DNA from: Glaucostegus cemiculus
Lineage: Eukaryota
Assembly (NCBI GenBank): GCA_976551045.1
Contig: CDPCPM010000044.1
Location: forward strand, 4,898,001 to 4,962,000
Direction: 5' to 3'
Length of the DNA stretch: 64,000 nucleotides
Shown here: piece after piece, positions 55,983 through 64,000 of the stretch
Numbering within the stretch: the first letter of the stretch is position 1
Layout: every line of letters begins with the position of its first letter
Made by a program: the position numbers and the translations under genes
The notes under the pieces: model-generated
Told to the model about the DNA's origin: nothing
Databases searched by the model: none
Seen by the model: the letters and a program-made list of their open reading frames with translations, nothing else

Positions 55983-57077
55983 TACATCTTACAAATTGAA
56001 TAGAGCAACACTCACAAAATCCAAGTGTATGCCTTCAACGTGGGATTTCAAAGAATATCTACCTCTTCCAGATGATTAATTAAATATTACTTAAAATCAC
56101 TATTAAAAGGTCAAACCAAACATACATCTTTAAGAAGTCTTAATAGCAAGATGATTTTCTGCTAAGTATACTGAAAATAATCCTTAGACATAAAATCCTG
56201 AATCTGGCACTCCAAGAAAACAAAGAAAAATTCAAAAAGGTCAGATACAAATTTTAATGTACATTTGACTTTCTCTGCTCTGCTTTCGTGCTATCAAATA
56301 TTTGCTATGAATATAGACTCTAAAGATATATCCACTTCATTCTTTCTATACTTTTGTAGACCAGAATTTATGATGCAACTTCAACCTGCAGGTTAGCAAA
56401 TAAGGTTCATCAAATTCAAGCTCAGGGTTTTTATTTACAAAGTCATTACAAAAGAAAAATAGTGCAGTAGCCGGTTTTTGGTGCTATTAAAGCAAAAATG
56501 CTTTAGGTACTCAGCAGCTCAGGCAACAATTGCAGAGAGAGAAAAACAGTGAATGTTTCAAGTCGATGACTTTTCATAAGACATATCCTACAGTCTCTCC
56601 CCATTTATATGGAAGATACTGATCTTTCAAATATTTCAAAGTGATGAAGTATCTTCTTTCTAAATTGGGCTTAATAAACAGAAATTGCTGGCTGGTTTCC
56701 ATTAAATTGGAAAGCTTATCCAAAATTGATAGCTGAGAAAAATAAATTGTGTGACGCAGGTTTGCAGTATAGATGTAGTCGGTGCAAATTGAAACTGTTC
56801 TGGATTTTCAATATCTTTCCAATTAAGGACACTATTCCCTTGCTGGGCTTTGACTTTAGTGGAACAGACTGCAATTTTAATGATTGAAAAGGATCGAGAA
56901 CGAGAAGTAATTTACAGGCCCTGTACAAATATTGCAAATGCCAATACAGTGTAAACTAACATCTAATTTATCATGCCACTCCAGCCTTAAGTTAACTTGT
57001 TTAATTCAGTGAGGATAAATTCATTGTGAAATGGATTACAAACTATATTTGCATTTTCATTTTGCCTGCAGGTATTT

Positions 57078-57143
57078 ATGAGCCGACATTTCTTGTACTA
57101 CTGCAGTGAACCTATCCTGGATGTGAAGATTGCGTTTTGTCAG
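57078..57143 (+). CDS. MAPK10: MAPK10 (JNK3) N-terminal coding exon (exon 57072-57143)
   Basis: Acceptor ttttcattttgcctgcag at 57071/57072, donor CAG|gtgtgt at 57143/57144. Translation (VF)MSRHFLYYCSEPILDVKIAFCQ matches the recalled human JNK3 N-terminus MSLHFLYYCSEPTLDVKIAFCQ. Too short for the ORF track; downstream kinase exons are not in the window. Confidence 0.95.
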
Positions 57144-57672
57144 GTGTGTGTTCCTTACAGGTAAACAAGGTACAGTATTTGTTGAATCATTTTGCCATTT
57201 CATTTATGTCTTTCATATAAAGTGTGATTCAAAGTCGTGTGTGCCCTCACATCTAAGACATAATTGTGTTATTTCTGTTTTATCATAAGTTATATCATAA
57301 TATAGCGTACTTGCAGTGATAAAACTAAATTAAAAGAACTGTGTTCTTAACTTGGTATTGGCTTCATGGTAGATCTCTAATACCTATGTAGAGGTTATAA
57401 TAGGTCTGTTAGATAGAAGTGACTAGGTATTTTGCCTTCACCATGACCACTTCCAGTTTTAACAGAGGTAAGGCATGGAGCAAGCAACCAATCCACTCTC
57501 AGGGGATGAATTTGTCAGTAAAAGTTTTTGGGATGTCTGTGTGCCTCTACTTTAATATTATTATGTTTTTAATTAACCAGAGTCCTCTGGTCTTAGGGAA
57601 GCTGGCAAGTAAAAGAGTGAAGAGGTGATGCAGTGGGAAAGGGAATATGCACTATGATTCCAACATACCTCG

Positions 57673-57764
57673 CAATAGGATTTCAACATTCCTTGCCTCC
57701 TTTACACTATCCCAATAAATGATGGGGTAGTGTAAAGGAAGCGAGGCATGTTGGAATCCTATTG
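57673..57764. repeat. Long hairpin / palindrome (42-bp arms, 8-nt loop)
   Basis: 57673-57714 is the reverse complement of 57723-57764 with 5 differences. Confidence 0.9.
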
Positions 57765-57794
57765 TCAGATTCCTGAAGGTGTTAAGACTGGTAG

Positions 57795-58245
57795 GAGAGG
57801 AGGTTAAGAAGGCACATGGAATACTTGCTTTATTGGCTGAGACAGTACAAAAGATTGGGGATCCATCTTGAGCTGTGTAAAGTGTTGGGCCACAGCTAGA
57901 GCACTGTGTATGGTTCTGGTGTTCTGGTAATCATGCCATAGGAACGATGTTATAGAAGAGGAGGTTTGTGAGGATGATGCAGGCTAGAGAATTACATTTA
58001 TGAGGAGAGACTGTCTTTTTTGGAGTTGTCACAGAGGAACGTAAGGAATTATTTAATTGAAGTGCACAAAATTATATACACCTCAATTGAATCCCTTACA
58101 TAGGGTAAACAGAAAAGACCTATTTCCTTTAACTGAGAGGTCAATAACGATGAGGCATTGGTTTAAATTAATTGGCAGAAGGATTAATCGTACACTGGGG
58201 GAAAAAATCATTCAAGAATGGTGGGGATCTAGAACTCACTGCCTG
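57795..58245 (+). mobile_element. Old CR1 3' fragment
   Basis: ggttaagaaggcacatggaatacttgctttt.. and NRKDLFPLTERSITMRHWFKLIGRR. Confidence 0.65.
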
Positions 58246-58249
58246 ACAA

Positions 58250-58925
58250 GAAATGTGTTGTTTTGCAGCTGCGGTACAGTGCAAAAATATAAAATTACTG
58301 TAAGATACAAAATAAATAAATAGTGCCAAAAAATGGAATAATGAGGTAGTGTTCATGGACGGCTCAGAAATCTGATGACGGAGGAGAAGAAGCTGTTTCT
58401 CTATCATTGAGTGTGGGTCTTCAGGTTCCTGTACCTCCTCCCTGACAGTAGTAACAAGAAGGGGACATGTCCTGGATGTTGAGGGTCCTTAGTGATGGAT
58501 TCTGCCTTCTTGAGGCACCGCCTCTTGAAGATGTCCTTGATGATGGGAAGGGTTGTGCCCGTGATGGAGCTGGCTGAGTCTACAACTCTCTGCAGCCTCT
58601 TACAATCCTGTGCATTGGAGCCTCCATACCAGGCAGTGATGCAACCAGTCAGAATGTTCTCCACTGTACATCTATCGAAATTTGCTAGAGTCTTTGGTGA
58701 CATATCAAATCTCCTCAATCTCCTAATGAAGTAGAGCTGCTGGTGTGCCTTCTTCATGATTGCATCAATGTGTTGGGCCCAGGACAGATCCTCCAAGATG
58801 TTGAACTTAAGGCTGCTCACCCTTTCCACCGCTGGCCCCTCAATGAGGACTGGTGTGTGTTCTCCCGACCTCCCCTTCCTGAAGTCCACAAACAATTCCT
58901 TGGTCTTGCTGGCGTTGTGTGAGAG
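58250..58925 (-). mobile_element. Rex1/Babar LINE 3' part
   Basis: VDFRKGRSGEHTPVLIEG..VERVSS, KKAHQQLYFIRRLRRF, ENILTGCITAWYG. Confidence 0.92.
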
Positions 58926-59107
58926 ATGTTATCACCAATCCACACTGAATGTGGTCTCCCGATAAGGAAGTTGTTATAATTCATTGTGTCTTTAGAACCA
59001 AAGGAAAAAGTCTAGACCCTGCATCTCATGTTGTATGCAGAAAAAAGATGAATGGAGGGTTGCAGTTGAATTTTTCTAAGATCAACATGTACTTGTATAT
59101 CATGAAG

Positions 59108-59312
59108 AGAAAACAGACTGCAGATGCTAGAATCTGGAACAAAGAGCAGAACACTAGAAGAACTTAGTGGGTCAGCAACATCTATATAAGCAAAATATGT
59201 AGGTCGATGTTTTGTACTGATGCAGGGTCTTGACCAGAAACGTCGACTTATACCTTTTGCCTTCACAGGTGCTGCTTGACTCACTGAGTTCTTCAGTGTT
59301 CTGTTTTTGTTG
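59108..59312. mobile_element. Palindromic Penelope-like terminal element with degenerate hammerhead core
   Basis: actgcagatgctagaatctg...gggtcagcaacatcta...ctgatgcagggtcttgaccagaaacgtcgac...tgctgcttgactcactgagttcttcagtgttctg. Confidence 0.65.
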
Positions 59313-60347
59313 CACTGGTATAGCATGTTTAAAAAAACCCCCGATATGTTTTAACAAACCTCTGAGAGAAAAGGAAAATGGATAATAAGCCATAAAATGA
59401 GACATTAGGAAAAGTCATAGGAGAGTTTTAGATCATAGATCATCTTGGTTGATGTGGATGAGTCGGGCTGAAGGGCCTGTTTCTGTGCTGTATTACTCTA
59501 TGAGAGTTTCAGCAGACAATAAGATGATTTATGGGGCAAATGACCAGCATATGAATTTTACAAGTTTAATTGCCAATGGGGTGTAGGTAGATAGGAAGGG
59601 AAGGAGTGCACAGGAGGCCATTTCTGAAAAATGCTGTGGCTTTGATCGCATAAGGAGGAGTAGATTCTGCAAGTCTCACTGAGCTGGGTAACATAGGAGA
59701 GGATAGTGTGATCATACCCAGGGGTTGAATTTTTCTGTATTTTATGCTTATTCCATTTCAAGAGTTTTTTTTATTAAAGTCTGATAAAACTGGACATTTA
59801 TGGTTACTTACAGAGAACCACTTAAGATACATTAAATTTCAGTCTCTACAAAATACAACTAAATCAAAATCAGTAATAATAATTTTACTTAAATTGCCTC
59901 TTCAACACAAATGACATTTTCTTTTGTTTCTCACCCACTTGCACCTGTGGTTTTGGTCTTCTTGACTATTTCACCACCATCACTCAATGACCAGCACACA
60001 CAACAAGCAGATAGAATTAGCCAGTAGTCTGTGTGAACATTTTGAAAGCCACATGCAGCATTCTTAAAGTGAAGTTTATGAAAATGTGCACTTTCAACAC
60101 AGTTTTATCAGTGAAATAAAAAGATTTTTCCCCAGATAAGTCTTTAGGGATGTTTTATCTTTGTCCGTTTAAAACTGAAAAATTCACACACCAGTATTGC
60201 TCTGTTGTGATGCTACTTTCAGCACACTTATCTAACATGTTGTCATGTAATGCTTTTCTGCCACACATTTTACTTATTTATTATAATTACCTCCAGACCT
60301 CCCTGCTTATCTCCATAATCCCACACTTTCTTTTTTCTCCTGGTCTT

Positions 60348-60835
60348 TACATAGAACATAGAACAGTGCAGCACAGGAACAGGCCTTCAGCCCACAAAGT
60401 TTGTGCCAACCATGATGCCAGTCAAAATTAATCCCATCTGCCTGCATCTGGTCTAAATCCCTCCATTCCCTGCCTATTCATGCGCCTGTCTAAAAGGCTC
60501 TTAGACATTGCTATCATATCTGCTCCCACCACTCCCCCTGGCAGTATATTCCAGGCACTGACCAATCTCTGTGTAAAAAACCTGCCTTGTAAATCTCCTT
60601 TAAACTTTCTCCTTCTCACCTTAAAGCTATGTCCTCTGCTATTTGACAGTTCCACCCTGGGAAAAAGACTCTGACTATCCACTCTATCTATGCCTTTCAT
60701 AATTTTATACATTTCAATCACGTCGTCCCCCTCAGCCTCCAACACTCCATAGAAAACAATCCAAGTTTGTCCAACCTCTCCTTATAGCTAGTACTCTAAT
60801 CCAGGCAGCATCCTGGTGAACCTCTTCTGCACCCT
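60348..60835 (-). mobile_element. CR1 3' end
   Basis: IEMYKIMKGIDRVDSQSLFPRVE..RGHSFKV..FFTQRLVSAWN plus (catagaa)n tail. Confidence 0.92.
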
Positions 60836-62799
60836 CCCCTATTGCCCTCTCCTATTTACCAATTGCCTTTATCTTTCACTTGATCACAGCTGAATCCCTA
60901 AACAGTAGTAGAGGTCTGAGAAACCCACATAATAAAGCACAAATTAATTTATTCAGTTAATGTAAATCAGTGACCCTTAAAATCATATGTGGTGCATAGC
61001 ATAGTGCCCTTGTTGTAAAATAGTGTGGCTGTTGGAGCAACTCAATGCATAATCCTTATTTTTTTCTTTGCTGGGAAGGGGAAGGGGCTTAAAAATACCC
61101 CCAGATTGCAGAAGTATTTCCCCAGCACAGTAAGTAGACATTACTTGGATGTCTGGGTATGCCTGGCAGCACTGAACCTCCAACTATTATTCTTATCGTT
61201 CTCGTCGAGCAAGCTGCTTTTGGCTTCTGAGCATAATGTTATAGATGATGTTCTATTGCACCCTAATTGCTGACCTGGATGGCCATAACAGTGGCAGACC
61301 AAAGAACATTTCTGGCTTGGGCCTGCTGCTGCAAACTTAGACAGCGCCAAGGCCCAAGGCTGGTGATCAGATATGTTCTGGAGAGGTGAAGGTTGAGTGG
61401 TGGTGGAGAGGAGGGGAAGCGTTAGTAAAGTGGAATTTGCAATAGATTAAATGAGTGGGGGGGGTGGTGGGGATCAGATAAATGACTTGAGTTGGCAGAC
61501 GAATGGCTGTAGTCATGGTCTCATTTGATTGCATAATGTAGAAGGTTTGGGAGGGCAGGGTGGAGGCTTTGGTGATGCTTGGGAATTGCCTTAGAGGAGT
61601 TCCAGTCTGGTGCTGTATTGTGAAAGCCCAATTGTCCCAGGAATGCGCTACAATAGTTGCTCCTCGGAAAGTTTGGTCTCCTCCTCAGTGCTCCAAAAGG
61701 ATTGTTGAATGAAAAATAACTTTATCCCTTCCATGACTGACGTGGAGTGTACTTCAGGCACTCGAGGCTGAATTGTGATCTGAAGTGTCCCGTCAAATTT
61801 GCAGCATGGCTATTTGAACCAGAAATGGTCATATTAATGTCCCACTGTGGGAATATAATTATTTTTTAGATATATGGTGGTGAGGAATCAGTGCAAGACA
61901 TGAGAATTTCTCGACCCTGTCTTTATAAAGACTGTTTCTCACTTAATGTAGGCTACCAGTGCAGAACTAGAATTCTGATCTGCAGTGTAAATTTTAAGTG
62001 TGCTACACAACACAATTTGATGGGAAAACTGAGCATCTGAACACCTATTCTGTTCAATCTTTTGTATTCAGCTTTTGCTGGAGAGGAGCTGTAGGCAGGT
62101 AGCTTTTGAATAAATGACTTTCCCTTTGCTGCAACTCTCCCTTAGACCGAGGTTTCCATCTGTTCATAACATTGTGTTCCTCCACTCTGAGCCATTCACT
62201 CCCCAATTCTGTGGCTGAAGGGCTGATCCCTCCAACTTCCCCCTCGGGTCTCTTTTCCCTGTATCTCCACACTGCCGTGCCCCTATGACCCAGGACCCAG
62301 TCCCAGTTTAACTCCATTCACTTTACAATGACATAAAGCAGTTAAAATCACAAAGCCTTTTCTATTGCACATGAGACCCTGGGTCTCATGCAGGGTAGAA
62401 TTTTGCAACTACAAACTGCTTTTGGTTTCAAAGCAAAAAGAATATACTGGCCTGCTGTTCAGTGCACTTTTCATCCACTTTTCTGGACAACAAAGCATTT
62501 CTAGCCCTTTCCATTTCTGTCTAGATCAACCACATCAGAGTGAATGATGCTGGGCATTTTCTTAAGACCAGGAAAAAAAAATCAAGTTGAACAGGTTTCA
62601 TGAATATACTGAGACTTCTCCCCCGCCTCCGCCAACAAACAGCAGAACCTCTCATTCTAAACTTGAACACAAGTTGCTGCAAAAGGAAAATAACAGCATA
62701 ATAACAACAGCTTGCACATCTTTCATGTAACAAAATGTTCCAAAGTGTTTCACAGAATGAAGTCATGGAGGAATAAGGGAAGAAATATTAACCAACCAA

Positions 62800-63260
62800 A
62801 GTCGCATTTAGGAAATTAAGATTCTGGGGTTTTGAAAGTAAGAAATGGTGAGATGAAAAAATTTCAAATGAGCATCACTGTCTTTAGGTGTGTGCAATGG
62901 AAAGAGCAGGCATTACTAATGATATGAATGTTAATGAAGAGTTCATGGAGTGGGACTGGAAGAAAGTAGAGAGGTCAAAGAGGATAAGGTGGAATAATGT
63001 ATAATAATCACATGGGGCTGTGTGTGTTACGTAAACCAGTGCAGTCTCAGTGCCAAAGGTAGGATGGAAACCTGACTGAGGGGAGTTGGAGAGGTGGGTG
63101 CAGAGTTGCATAGCAATGATATGTTTAAAGATTGTAGGGAAAAGGTAGAACTTGGACGTGAGTTAATAATTCATGAAGACGTAAAGATTGTGCAGGATTT
63201 TTAATAGGATTTGGGACTTAAAACTACGTCCTGAAGAATTATTGCATCCCGGCATATGGT
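62800..63260 (-). mobile_element. Old L2 LINE RT fragment
   Basis: QSGFHPTFGTETALVYVT...LILFDLSTFF, a decayed QSGFR..HSTETAL..V...LLDLSAAF. Confidence 0.7.
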
Positions 63261-63382
63261 GAAGGAGCTGTAAGGTTGCTATATTCATATTGCATTTTAC
63301 TGATACCTCCCTCCCCACCCCATCCACACAATGAAAGACTGAAGTTTGGACTCTGTCTTCATCAGCAGCCATTTATTCACAG

Positions 63383-63469
63383 TATGGCCCTTTAGTTGCA
63401 TCAGGAAGACCATATAAAGGAAATAATAAAGATCTGAATTACATATGCCTAGAAATTCATCCTCACCAG
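63383..63469 (+). CDS. Putative in-frame cassette exon in the MAPK10 intron (YGPLVASGRPYKGNNKDLNYICLEIHPHQ)
   Basis: Acceptor ccatttattcacag, consensus donor CAG|gtaagt, 87 nt, stop-free in phase 0. No homology recognised. Confidence 0.2.
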
Positions 63470-63644
63470 GTAAGTCTAAAAGATGTGGCTGCATGTTGAA
63501 CTTTACTCCCGAGAGGATTGGAATTTTGGGATTGGCATACAATGCACAGGCACCACTGCAATACTGATCAGGGAAGAGCTTCTAGGTGATTGAACTTTCA
63601 CCATACCTCAGACTACAGTCAAAGAAGTACATTCTGAATGAAAG

Positions 63645-63820
63645 TATTAAAAAAACAGCAAGTGTTGGAAATCTGAAATAAAAACAGAAAATGCTTGAAA
63701 TAAACAGCAGGTCAGGCAGCATTTCAGGAAAGAGTACCCAGATGACTTTTGTTTCTGTTTGTTTCTCTTCCAGATACTGCCTGACCTGCTGGGTGTTTCC
63801 AGCACTTTACTGTTTTTATT
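63645..63820. mobile_element. Palindromic Penelope-like terminal element, centre deleted
   Basis: ataaaaacagaaaatgcttgaaataaacagcaggtcaggcagcat...atactgcctgacctgctgggtgtttccagcactttactgtttttatt. Confidence 0.7.
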
Positions 63821-63854
63821 TAAGAACATTCTGAAAATAGTACTTTATCAAAAG

Positions 63855-63990
63855 CTGTCAGCAATCTGCACACAGCAATGTCCCTAAAACAGCACCTGGA
63901 TAATAAATGACAATCTGTTTCAGTGATGATGACTGAGCTGTAAAACTTGGCCAGTACACTGGCCACAACTTCTGCTGCTTTTCTTTGATA
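63855..63990 (-). mobile_element. Deu-domain SINE relic
   Basis: gcaatctgcacacagcaa...aaacagca...cttggccagtacactgg resembles the DeuSINE core and the 35900 copy. Confidence 0.45.
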
Positions 63991-64000
63991 TTCAGTAATT

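Noticed and set aside
55752-56079. Cys/Val- and His/Thr-rich ORFs
   Set aside because: Translations of the (CA)n microsatellite.
1-64000. CRISPR array, operon or prokaryotic defence system
   Set aside because: No regularly spaced repeats or dense gene clusters; the sequence is vertebrate non-coding DNA dominated by retroelement relics.

Overview
AT-rich, repeat-dense vertebrate genomic DNA with one assembly gap (8383-8554). The repeat content (CR1/HER1-type LINEs, HE1-type tRNA SINEs, Deu-domain SINE relics, Rex1/Babar, RTE, L2, L1, Tc1, palindromic Penelope-like ends) points to a cartilaginous fish, probably a ray or sawfish (inference). The only host coding sequence I confidently recognise is a 72-nt + strand exon at 57072-57143 encoding (VF)MSRHFLYYCSEPILDVKIAFCQ, the JNK3-specific N-terminal extension of MAPK10, so much of the window is probably MAPK10 intron or upstream sequence. 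Nearly all long ORFs in the track are retroelement or Tc1 relics or chance ORFs. Points worth follow-up: a possible in-frame MAPK10 cassette exon (63383-63469), tandem out-of-frame donors after the JNK3 exon, a tentative antisense multi-exon ORF (3561-16234), a 150-170 bp inverted duplication bracketing about 2 kb, a solo-LTR-like insert with 5-bp TSD, and several hairpins. I found no evidence strong enough to claim a new biological system. Repeat families were assigned by eye and their boundaries are approximate.
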